From a virus (taxonomy: Duplodnaviria; Caudoviricetes): a stretch of DNA of 56,667 bases. The stretch covers positions 1 to 56,667 of the IMG/VR virus record IMGVR_UViG_3300020440_001567; one strand, written 5' to 3'. Of this stretch, positions 45,189-53,931 are shown in pieces. Position numbers and translations under genes: made by a program. The notes beneath the pieces are model-generated. The model searched no databases and was not told the DNA's origin. It saw only the letters and a program-made list of their open reading frames with translations. Within the stretch, counting starts at the first letter, position 1; each line of letters starts with the position of its first letter.

Positions 45189-45667
45189 TATTCTTCACCC
45201 AGAGTATTTAAATCTGTAGCCATGTCATTTATGTAGTCTTGGTTCTCTTCTTTTTCTAAACCTGACTTGAAGTTTGCAATTAATTCTTTTGGCATTTTTA
45301 TATGAACTATCCAAATAGGATGAGCATCAATTTTACCTTTTACTGTGCCGGGTCTATAATCTTCTGGGCCTTTTATTTGTCTTGGTTTCATTAGATCTGA
45401 TTTTTGATAACCAACTTTACAACCATGATCGATTAGTCTTTTTCCACCAGATGGATCTGGCATTTTATCAATTGGCCACATAAATGAGCACTCAACAAAA
45501 TGTCGTTTGTCAACAGGGCCTTCTAACAACTCTCCATCTTCCCAATTTTTAAAAACATAAACATCGAGTTCATCGACCACTCTTTCAAAGTCCTTTAAAA
45601 TGTCTAATGTAGGACCTGTTGAATACAGTGATTGTACGTTTTTTATAATGTCTAATACGTCATGCAT
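45188..45667 (-). CDS. Hypothetical phage protein
   Basis: TAAATA 5 nt upstream. Confidence 0.75.
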   Translation of the reverse strand: MHDVLDIIKNVQSLYSTGPTLDILKDFERVVDELDVYVFKNWEDGELLEGPVDKRHFVECSFMWPIDKMPDPSGGKRLIDHGCKVGYQKSDLMKPRQIKGPEDYRPGTVKGKIDAHPIWIVHIKMPKELIANFKSGLEKEENQDYINDMATDLNTLGEE

Positions 45668-45839
45668 ATCAATATTTACCTATAGAGTAGTGTTATGAGA
45701 ATATTGTTTTTAGGTATATTACGACCAGGTATACAAGTAAAACACCAATATTTCTTTGTGCACCTGCACCTTAAATATTAGTACACAATGTCTACTCACA
45801 CAGACACATCCTATCACAAACACAACCTAAAGGAATCAT

Positions 45840-46067
45840 ATGCTGTTTTACAAAAGTCTACAACTGCGACCATTATATCAAAGGAAACTATGGCGACAGA
45901 TGAAGAAAAAAAGAGTTTACGACAAGAGAGTCAAATTATATATGTTGAATCAAAACTGGCTGAAGATAAGGAAACAAAAAGACAGGAGGAGAAGGAGAGT
46001 TATTACTAAGATATGGAAAGCAAAACGATTAGCATTTCTTAGACACAGATACAGTAATTTTATTTAG
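45840..46067 (+). CDS. Very basic small protein; the only convincing plus-strand gene
   Basis: AAGGA RBS 5 nt before ATG; plus-strand TAAATA at 45772; fills an otherwise empty gap. Confidence 0.55.
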   Translation: MLFYKSLQLRPLYQRKLWRQMKKKRVYDKRVKLYMLNQNWLKIRKQKDRRRRRVITKIWKAKRLAFLRHRYSNFI

Positions 46068-46329
46068 AACCTACAAACTGATCTATAACATCAGCATACC
46101 ACTTACGGTAATGCTTGTAAACATTTTCATAAGGGATATCAACAGGCACATTTGGAAGATCACATTTCACAACTTCTTCATTGAGAAGATCCAAAACTAC
46201 TCTACTATCTTTAATTTTACCTGGACCGATCTTTTTCTTAGAAAGTTCAACAAATTCATCGAACTTGCCATCGGGTTTAATATTATACCTTACAATAAAA
46301 AATCTTTTTTTTGCGTGTTTAATGCCCAT
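46060..46329 (-). CDS. Hypothetical protein
   Basis: ORF in operon. Confidence 0.65.
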   Translation of the reverse strand: MGIKHAKKRFFIVRYNIKPDGKFDEFVELSKKKIGPGKIKDSRVVLDLLNEEVVKCDLPNVPVDIPYENVYKHYRKWYADVIDQFVGSK

Positions 46330-46573
46330 TTCCTAACCAATTCCAAATTGCCCTTACCGCCAACAACAAATACATCAGTTCCATTAATGCCCTTGGCGTG
46401 TCTTTATCTTTGATACCCATATATATCCAGATAGAACAACTTACTGTTGCTATTGCCCAACCCATCCATTGAGTTTCGACATTAGCATTAGATAATATAA
46501 ATGCTCCTACCATTGCAAGTAGGAAGCCGACCCAACGCCAGCCGTTAATATCTTTATAGTATCTAATTTTCAT
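46319..46573 (-). CDS. Small 3-TM membrane protein
   Basis: Three hydrophobic helices. Confidence 0.7.
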   Translation of the reverse strand: MKIRYYKDINGWRWVGFLLAMVGAFILSNANVETQWMGWAIATVSCSIWIYMGIKDKDTPRALMELMYLLLAVRAIWNWLGNGH

Positions 46574-47492
46574 TTTGTAGTCTTGCTAGTTTGATCATCA
46601 CACTTGCCAAATTAATCTCTGGATCTGCTACAAATGAATGATCTACCAGTCCTTGTTTAATAATTAGCACTGCCTTGTCCTGGCCATCTTCATCTTTGGT
46701 TATAATATCTAAATTATCATACAACCATCTGTAAATTTCTTCACATTCTTCTGGCCTTGCTTGACTACAAACTAGTTTCCTTGCTTCGGAAATCTGTCCT
46801 GCTTTAAAAAGTTCAACCATTTTTAATCTATAATCTTGTTGGTGAGAATCTCCTTTTGCCGGTGGTACTAGTTTACCATCTCTTGTATTCATCTGCACCA
46901 TATTAATGCATTTTCTAAGATCCGGATATGTTGCTTTCACATAAGTGTCTAATGTATCAATATCTTGATCAATCTTTTCTTCAATTAGTATGGTTGCCAC
47001 CCTTGCCGTAAATTCATTTTTATCAATTGTTTCAATATGGAATCCTTGACATCTCGAATGTAGTGCAGGTATAACTCTGTTTGGATAATTGCAAGTCAAT
47101 ATAAATCTTGCAGACGTGTGATATGTTTCCATCACTCCACGTAAAGCCGCTTGTCCGTTTGGCGTTATGTAATCAGCCTCGTCAAGCAGTACGTATTTGA
47201 ACGCACCAAATGGCATTATTTGCACAAAGTTTATAATTTTATCTCTTACTGTGTCTACGGAGTTTTCTCTAGAAGCATTTATTTCTAGTATGTCATATCC
47301 GTCAACTTCTAATTCGCTAAAAAGTATTTTTGCAAGTGTTGTTTTACCTACACCAGGAGCACCTGAAAATAACAAATGAGGTATTGCACCTTCTTTTATC
47401 CATGCCGCGATCTGCTGTCTTTGTGCTTCATCCCTTACAACATAGTCTTTCAATGTTGTTGGTCTATATTTTTCTACCCAAAGTTCTTTCAT
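46563..47492 (-). CDS. Clamp loader ATPase subunit (RFC/gp44-like)
   Basis: LWVEKYRP, GAPGVGKT, NAS, LDEAD, SRC motif. Confidence 0.93.
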   Translation of the reverse strand: MKELWVEKYRPTTLKDYVVRDEAQRQQIAAWIKEGAIPHLLFSGAPGVGKTTLAKILFSELEVDGYDILEINASRENSVDTVRDKIINFVQIMPFGAFKYVLLDEADYITPNGQAALRGVMETYHTSARFILTCNYPNRVIPALHSRCQGFHIETIDKNEFTARVATILIEEKIDQDIDTLDTYVKATYPDLRKCINMVQMNTRDGKLVPPAKGDSHQQDYRLKMVELFKAGQISEARKLVCSQARPEECEEIYRWLYDNLDIITKDEDGQDKAVLIIKQGLVDHSFVADPEINLASVMIKLARLQNEN

Positions 47493-47782
47493 TTATTTGC
47501 CTCTATTTTTGTTTCGTATTTTGTTTTAAAGTAATCGTGTGTAACATAAGAAGCAGTAACAAATCCTGCCACGAATACTAACAAATAAATCACAGTGGTT
47601 TTTAAATTCTTTTTGAACCCGCCTTTACCTTTATTTCTTTTGTATGCTCTCCACATCCACCAAAAACCTGCAATGGTTAAAATAATACCCATTGCTATTA
47701 CCCAGGGATTGTTGGCTATTGCAACTCCTGAAGCACCAAAGATTAAAAATAATAATCCATTTATATAACACATTGGACACAT
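47489..47782 (-). CDS. Small membrane protein with N-terminal CPxC
   Basis: MCPMC plus three hydrophobic segments. Confidence 0.6.
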   Translation of the reverse strand: MCPMCYINGLLFLIFGASGVAIANNPWVIAMGIILTIAGFWWMWRAYKRNKGKGGFKKNLKTTVIYLLVFVAGFVTASYVTHDYFKTKYETKIEANK

Positions 47783-47807
47783 TATATCAAGTTCCTTTTT
47801 ATTAGTT

Positions 47808-47990
47808 TCATTTACCTAACCATTTCTTTGCCGCATCAATTGGATTACGTAGTCCATCATATGTCTTATCAATAAAGCCTATATGTTTAGTTAGTTTAGC
47901 ATTAAGTTCATCAATGCTACTCTGAAGTTTATCTACTTTTTTATTTGTTTTTTTGATTTCTTCAAGAAGTAAAATAATACTTGCGTCCAT
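47808..47990 (-). CDS. Small coiled-coil protein
   Basis: AAGGA RBS; TTGACT-17-TATAAT upstream. Confidence 0.6.
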   Translation of the reverse strand: MDASIILLLEEIKKTNKKVDKLQSSIDELNAKLTKHIGFIDKTYDGLRNPIDAAKKWLGK

Positions 47991-48053
47991 TCTATAATCC
48001 TTTTAATAGTTATAGTATTATTATAGAGTCTAAAGGCCTAAAAGTCAAGTATT

Positions 48054-48467
48054 TTATAGGTCGCCTTCTTTCCGATTCTCTGAATGATGTACATCAAATT
48101 CCCCACCTGGGTATCTGCTTTTTAACTTATGTACGTTTTCTTCTATGACTTCATTTGGGTCAAGACCCAAAGCACGGCAACTGTTGATCCAATACCAAAT
48201 AATATCCCCAAGTTCTCGTTTAGCATGAAATACAGTTTCATCATCCAAAGGTTTACCTTGGAAGATACATTTTTTAATAATTTCATTAAATTCTCCTGTT
48301 TCTGACGATAAGCCAATTCCACCTGTTAGCAATAACGCCATATTAATTTTGCCGTCTGTGCCTTCTAAAATGGATAGTCTCCTAGCCATTGGTGATAGTT
48401 GATTACTTTCTTGTGATGTTACTTTTTCAACAAATTGACTGTATTTGTTTAGATCTACTTTTTCCAA
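48054..48467 (-). CDS. MazG-like nucleotide pyrophosphohydrolase
   Basis: GL..E.GEF.E..KK...ELGD..WY...N..KL..RYP. Confidence 0.88.
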   Translation of the reverse strand: MEKVDLNKYSQFVEKVTSQESNQLSPMARRLSILEGTDGKINMALLLTGGIGLSSETGEFNEIIKKCIFQGKPLDDETVFHAKRELGDIIWYWINSCRALGLDPNEVIEENVHKLKSRYPGGEFDVHHSENRKEGDL

Positions 48468-48890
48468 TTATTCCTCTTTTGCAAAGTCTTTAGCCGAGAT
48501 ATTGTTTTCTAGATTTACAACGGCTTGGTTGTTATAGTATGCTAAATCGCTTGGAGCCTCTTTGCTCCAACCTAACACACCTTCTGCTTCAACAGTCCTT
48601 AAAATAACAGGCTCGCTGTCATCTTCTTCTTGAACTTTGAATCCTCTACTCCAACGACCATGTACTACTAATACCCAATCGCCTTCACCGTATTCTTCTT
48701 TATTCTCATGCCCCTTCACAACAACTTTGGCCCATCTAGGTTTAATACCTACATCTTTGCCATCGTCACTTGGAAGTATAATACCACCTGCAGTGGTAAC
48801 TTCACCGAATTCCATTTCGGCTACTATCAGTCGATCGTGTAAAGGTCTAACTTTACCCTTGACTGTTGGAACAGTTGTACTTGTTAACAT
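48468..48890 (-). CDS. groES: GroES/gp31-like co-chaperonin
   Basis: VRPLHDRLIV...TTAGGIILP...GD.V. Confidence 0.82.
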   Translation of the reverse strand: MLTSTTVPTVKGKVRPLHDRLIVAEMEFGEVTTAGGIILPSDDGKDVGIKPRWAKVVVKGHENKEEYGEGDWVLVVHGRWSRGFKVQEEDDSEPVILRTVEAEGVLGWSKEAPSDLAYYNNQAVVNLENNISAKDFAKEE

Positions 48891-48892
48891 CT

Positions 48893-49264
48893 CTATTCAC
48901 CTTTTTTAACAAAGTTTCCATCATCGTCTTCAACCCAATTTTCTGAGTTTTCAACATCTTCATCTTGAACTTGCTCTGCAATTTCTTCTTCAACTGCATC
49001 TGCTTTGTGTTCAATCTCTGACTCGCCTGTAGCCACAGGTGCTTCATCTGGAACTTGGTTAGGTGTATCACGATAGTAGTCTTCTAATACGTCTTCTCTT
49101 TTACGAACAATTTTACCACCCGGGCCTAATTCATCACCACGTGCATTTACACGAGCATTTCCTACAGCCGGAGTAAGTTCATTTTTCTGACGTAGCAAAT
49201 CCATATCAATGCTTTTACCTTGCATGGATTTGTAAACTTTTCTACCAGTTTGTCTTACTGCCAT
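48893..49264 (-). CDS. Hypothetical late protein with acidic tail
   Basis: TAAATA and AGGAG upstream; AVGN..VNARGDELG.GG. Confidence 0.75.
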   Translation of the reverse strand: MAVRQTGRKVYKSMQGKSIDMDLLRQKNELTPAVGNARVNARGDELGPGGKIVRKREDVLEDYYRDTPNQVPDEAPVATGESEIEHKADAVEEEIAEQVQDEDVENSENWVEDDDGNFVKKGE

Positions 49265-49290
49265 TTGTTTCTCCTATTATGTACGTATAT

Positions 49291-49812
49291 TTATCTAAGG
49301 AACTCACGCCAGTCTAGTCCGTATTGAATTGGATTAATCTTATGTACACCAATTGCATACAATACATAACTAGCCACACTAGAGCCTCTTCCTACACCCC
49401 ATACTATTTTGTTTTCTCTCATAAAATCTACAAGATATACCAAAAACTGTAATAAAGGGTACATATTACGTTTCTTAAATTCTGCTAATTCTTCTTCAAC
49501 TATTTTCCATTCCGGAGATTTAATTGATACTATTGTGCTTAGATATTCTTCGATATTTAAAACTTTATATTTTTCTGGCATAAACCATTCGCCTTGTAAT
49601 ACTGCATCAAGATCCTCTGGCTTAATTTCCATGTGTTCATATTGTTTAATTTGAACACCTTTGCGTAGATCTTCCATAATGGAATTGAACAGTTTCACGT
49701 CAACACTTGACTCTGCGAATATTCTTCCTAATTTGTCTGCGTTGCCTTTGTAAATCAAATCTACAATATCGCGATCAGCGAACCGTGGCAAACCTAGATT
49801 ATCTAACTTCAT
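49291..49812 (-). CDS. Stand-alone fragment of DNA polymerase III alpha (DnaE-like)
   Basis: EL.......Y.L....LVD..REN.I.WGVGRGSSVASYVLYAIGVH.INPI.YGL...EFL; ends before the PDID catalytic motif; TTGACA-17-TAAAAT 6 nt before ATG. Confidence 0.8.
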   Translation of the reverse strand: MKLDNLGLPRFADRDIVDLIYKGNADKLGRIFAESSVDVKLFNSIMEDLRKGVQIKQYEHMEIKPEDLDAVLQGEWFMPEKYKVLNIEEYLSTIVSIKSPEWKIVEEELAEFKKRNMYPLLQFLVYLVDFMRENKIVWGVGRGSSVASYVLYAIGVHKINPIQYGLDWREFLR

Positions 49813-49821
49813 AATACTATT

Positions 49822-50046
49822 TTACTCGATATTAATTAATTTGTCAAGATCTAAATTGGTTTTTTGGCGTTGTTCTTTTTGAATACGTTCTCTTAGTTCC
49901 ATTTTGTAACTATTGATTAAAAGAATCATTTGGTCTTTTACTTGAGGATTTCTCTGTCTTACAAACTTTTTGGTTAAGTCAGCAATCTTTGATTCTAATT
50001 GTTGATTATTGTAGATGGATAGATCGTCGTCTAATGGATGTAACAT
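49822..50046 (-). CDS. Small hypothetical protein
   Basis: ORF, TAATG-coupled. Confidence 0.65.
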   Translation of the reverse strand: MLHPLDDDLSIYNNQQLESKIADLTKKFVRQRNPQVKDQMILLINSYKMELRERIQKEQRQKTNLDLDKLINIE

Positions 50047-50633
50047 TATGCAAAGTAGCCTATGTATTTTGCGTAAACAACACTCCCACCGTCCATAGTA
50101 AAGAAATCAAAAACTTGTACGTTTTGATCATTGATGATATTCACTATACCTTTATCTGCCGATGCGGCTGATTTATGTGGAAAGTCATTATCATACTTAA
50201 CAACATTACCTACGTCTGTTGCCCAAGTTACTTCACGTTGCGTTCCGTCATTTTTCAATACTACTCTTATCTCTGCAACCTTGTTGTCTGCAGGCCATTC
50301 AGTAAGTGTTAAAGTTACGTTACCACCAATTGTAAATTCTTGGTAGTGTCCGTTTGTGAAGTTAATATTTTGAGAGTTTTGTACTTCGCCTGAAGCAGGA
50401 TGTAATTTTTTAGTATTGTTAACAAAGTTTGCTCCGCTAACGTCATTTCCTAAGAAATTGTTTGCTTCATTCTTTTTAGCAGTATTAGTCTGAAGTGTTG
50501 AAATTTCGGACTTTGCTGTCGTAAAATTAGTTTTAATTGTGCTAAAATTATCTCTAAAACCCTGTGAGTCGTTATCCTGTCCTGCTACTGGGTATAAAGC
50601 ATTAATACTAGCATCATCTATTGCACTTGCCAT
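50046..50633 (-). CDS. Probable tail/baseplate structural protein
   Basis: YPVAGQDNDSQGFRDNF...coiled coil; late promoter and GAGG RBS. Confidence 0.65.
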   Translation of the reverse strand: MASAIDDASINALYPVAGQDNDSQGFRDNFSTIKTNFTTAKSEISTLQTNTAKKNEANNFLGNDVSGANFVNNTKKLHPASGEVQNSQNINFTNGHYQEFTIGGNVTLTLTEWPADNKVAEIRVVLKNDGTQREVTWATDVGNVVKYDNDFPHKSAASADKGIVNIINDQNVQVFDFFTMDGGSVVYAKYIGYFA

Positions 50634-50663
50634 AATTTATCCTCTCAATGTATTTATCCACGT

Positions 50664-53207
50664 CTAGACATTATATTCATAATTAGGAAACAGTATATAT
50701 TGCTCATTACTATTACCTGTTGTACTGTCTATAATGTATCTATCTATATCAAAATTAATTTGTTTAAAGTTGAAATTACTATTTTGGATTCTAAGTAATA
50801 TATCATCGGAATATCCTGGTTTTGTGTAACATAATGGTAATGCAGTTACGTAACCTAATTCCTGTACACTAGCCTCTTGAGCAGATCTCATCCATAATGG
50901 TAAAAAGTCTCTTTCAGTAAGTCCTAAAGTAGCAATTTGATTCCTCATTGTTTGCGTGTTCACAACGTGTTTTCTTGGATTATTAGTTTCACTAATTTTT
51001 ACATTTCCGTCACTTACTTTTACAGTGTTTGAATTCTTTGGTCTAAATCTATAAGGGTCTGCCAAGTTAGTAATAAACTGTTGATCTGATGATACAGTTG
51101 TACCATTTGATAATGTAACTTTTACAGTACCAGCAGTAGGAATAACAACTACTCCACTCCTAGTTACTACTTCTAAATTAGTTCCGTTACTAGTAACCTG
51201 TATAGCAGTTTGTCCTTGTCCGGTAAAAGTAATAATACTTTCACCACTACCTAAATTACTGTTATCATCTTTGGCTTCGAAACCTACACTATCAACTGTA
51301 AGTTTCCTTGCTTTGCCTACATTGATAGTCGGAAGTATGTTCCCTTTTGTAGGCATTGCAGGATCTATTACTTCAACATATACTACTTCATAAATTGTTG
51401 TGTTCGTCCCAGGTCTTACTGCTTTTGCAGTTTTAACTTGACCTAAAGTATAAGTTCTTCTCTTGTGATGTTTTGCGGCCGCGGCCACATAGTTCTTAAC
51501 ATCTTTTGTAATAATACCTGCGTATGCTAACATTTTTAAATCTTTTTGTACGCCAAATTCTGGATCACCACTTCTGTAAACATACTCCGGAACAAATATA
51601 TTTGGGTCGCTTACAAATGTATTGAATACACTTCTTGTTGTTTCTTTAATGAATGGTTTCACATATAAGTTACTATATAAATTATCATCAGGGTCTAAAA
51701 TAGTTATTTTAAATTCACGTGTTGTTTGACTAAATTTAAATCTATCCTGTGCATTTACAGTAAATTTATAAACCTTATCTATTGTAGTTCCGTTATTATC
51801 AAATGTAGTTTCTGTGGCACTCTTGTCAAAAGTTGTAAGTCCTTTTAATGTACCATCTCCGAACTGCCTTACTTTTCCAATTATCTCTCCTGATAAACTT
51901 AAATTTAATCCTGGAGGTAATTTTCCAGATGCCAATGTGTAAACAAGTTTACCATTAGGAACATTAGTTGTTGCATTTACAAAGAATGTGCTTATTAAGT
52001 TTGCATTAATACTGCCTAAGTCAGCGGCCGTTGTCCATGTAATTGTAGATTCAATTTCTCCTAATAAGTTAAGTGTAAATGTTTTATCTTTATAGGATTC
52101 AATTGTACTCTGTGCATCTAATCTATTTGCTCTAATTGTAAATTTGTATGTTTTTGTAACCGCAGGTTGGTACGGTACTCTACCTGCTATTTCACCTGTG
52201 CTTGTATCTAAAGTTAGTCCTGGCGGCAATGTACTTGTTGAATTATCATCATTCAAACTTCTTAAAGAATAAGAAATTACTCCTGCAACATTTGAAGGAT
52301 CTAAAGTATCCAAGTAAACTGTTAAGAAGTTATTTGCTCTTTTGTATCCTAAGTTACCAGGTGTCAACCAAATTGGAGTTCTTATATAAGTGTTGTCAGC
52401 AGTAAACAATCCATTTGCTACTTGCATAATTGTATTGTCTGCTCTTAGATAATCATCTCCAACAAGATAAATTTTAAAGTCTCTAGTTGCTATTGTATCT
52501 CCATCACTTACACTTACAGTGAATTCATAATATCTGTTTAATTTTCTTGGACTCTTTGTAGGAATGTTGTCGTCATATATTCTTGTATCGTAAAAGAAAC
52601 TATCAAAACCACTTGCACTTCTTATTCCAAAATCAAATGGAAATGTCCCGTAAACATTAGTATCATATCTACCACTGTTTGCAAATTTATCTAGTGCAAG
52701 TATAGGCTCAACAACACCAACAAGTCTACCATCAGTTGTAAGTTGTATTCCTGGAGGTAATGTTCCGCCACCATCTGCTATAAAGTATTCTAATGTATCG
52801 CCTGCTGGTAAGTCTGCATCTATGGCATCTAGTTGGAAATCAACTGGTGTATTATCTAATATAAAATATTGTAAAGGATTTGCAGGTGCTAACATTCCTG
52901 TAGGTGTTACCCACGTTGGACTATCTGGACCTTCTACTATTGCTGATAATGTACAATCTGCTATTGTGCCTGTTGAAGTCTTTGCTCTAAGAACAAATCT
53001 ACTTTGTGTTGTTCTTTCAACTTCAAAAGGAGTACCTATAAGGTTAGTGCCATCTATTCTTAATCCTGCAGGTAAACTGCCTGAAATAAGTGTAACACTT
53101 GATATGGTAAAATTGGTAGTATTTAGGGGCAATGCTATTGTCGTAGAAACACGTTCAGCATATACTCCTAATTCATGATTTGTTTTTACTGTCCAGATAT
53201 TAGCCAT
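50664..53207 (-). CDS. Probable baseplate wedge protein with Ig-like (putative Ig/cadherin-type) repeats
   Basis: Repeated G.LPPGL.L...G.I.G units; late promoter. Confidence 0.7.
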   Translation of the reverse strand: MANIWTVKTNHELGVYAERVSTTIALPLNTTNFTISSVTLISGSLPAGLRIDGTNLIGTPFEVERTTQSRFVLRAKTSTGTIADCTLSAIVEGPDSPTWVTPTGMLAPANPLQYFILDNTPVDFQLDAIDADLPAGDTLEYFIADGGGTLPPGIQLTTDGRLVGVVEPILALDKFANSGRYDTNVYGTFPFDFGIRSASGFDSFFYDTRIYDDNIPTKSPRKLNRYYEFTVSVSDGDTIATRDFKIYLVGDDYLRADNTIMQVANGLFTADNTYIRTPIWLTPGNLGYKRANNFLTVYLDTLDPSNVAGVISYSLRSLNDDNSTSTLPPGLTLDTSTGEIAGRVPYQPAVTKTYKFTIRANRLDAQSTIESYKDKTFTLNLLGEIESTITWTTAADLGSINANLISTFFVNATTNVPNGKLVYTLASGKLPPGLNLSLSGEIIGKVRQFGDGTLKGLTTFDKSATETTFDNNGTTIDKVYKFTVNAQDRFKFSQTTREFKITILDPDDNLYSNLYVKPFIKETTRSVFNTFVSDPNIFVPEYVYRSGDPEFGVQKDLKMLAYAGIITKDVKNYVAAAAKHHKRRTYTLGQVKTAKAVRPGTNTTIYEVVYVEVIDPAMPTKGNILPTINVGKARKLTVDSVGFEAKDDNSNLGSGESIITFTGQGQTAIQVTSNGTNLEVVTRSGVVVIPTAGTVKVTLSNGTTVSSDQQFITNLADPYRFRPKNSNTVKVSDGNVKISETNNPRKHVVNTQTMRNQIATLGLTERDFLPLWMRSAQEASVQELGYVTALPLCYTKPGYSDDILLRIQNSNFNFKQINFDIDRYIIDSTTGNSNEQYILFPNYEYNV

Positions 53208-53236
53208 AGTTTTTCCTAACTATGTATATTTATCGG

Positions 53237-53923
53237 TTATAGAGGATTGCTAATAGTACCTAAATCTACGAGTCTTATGGATACGGTACTATCATCTTGT
53301 AAGCCTGGTTGATCAATCAATCCAAACTCAATATCCTGATTATCTAGTAACCAAGCAAACATATCGTTATATGATTTTGTAATTGTACCAAAGTTGAAAC
53401 CAGCAATATCTCTAATGTCCTTATACCATACTTTTGCATTGATATTATTAACATTAATAATATTGTTATTTTGTCCATCTAAATTAGCACCAAGTTGTGG
53501 TGTTAAATCGCTTGATAATTCTGTAACACTATCAAGAGTAACTCCGCCACCTGCTATTTTTGTATTGAGGTTTGTGCCACCTATAAATTTAAGTGTATCA
53601 CCGTCTGTGACTGTTTGTGAGCCATTGTCTGTTTCAACTGTAAGAGTTTGTAATCCTCCTACACTATTAACGGTAATAGCATTACCATCACTAGTTAATG
53701 TAACATTACCGCCACCAATTAACTTCTTAAACTGCATTTCAGCACCATTTAATTGTGCAAAAACACCTTCACCACTTGCTCCCAAGTTAGCACCTGTAGT
53801 TTGTTCTGGATTTCTAGCCGCCAGTTCTGCGAAGTTGGCATTGACTTTAACAAATGCTTCTCTTAGATCATCACCTGTTCCGTCGTTTGCTACTGTTCCG
53901 ATGTTAATTGTTTGTATTGCCAT
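53237..53923 (-). CDS. Baseplate/tail-fibre connector-like protein (T4 gp9/gp10-type N-terminus)
   Basis: INIG..ANDGTGD.LR.AF.K.N.NF.EL. Confidence 0.75.
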   Translation of the reverse strand: MAIQTINIGTVANDGTGDDLREAFVKVNANFAELAARNPEQTTGANLGASGEGVFAQLNGAEMQFKKLIGGGNVTLTSDGNAITVNSVGGLQTLTVETDNGSQTVTDGDTLKFIGGTNLNTKIAGGGVTLDSVTELSSDLTPQLGANLDGQNNNIINVNNINAKVWYKDIRDIAGFNFGTITKSYNDMFAWLLDNQDIEFGLIDQPGLQDDSTVSIRLVDLGTISNPL

Positions 53924-53931
53924 ACTAATAT

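Noticed and set aside
45788-46009. Alternative plus-strand ORF MSTHTDT...
   Set aside because: Overlaps the RBS-supported 45840 ORF in another frame; not called as a feature, though leaderless translation cannot be excluded
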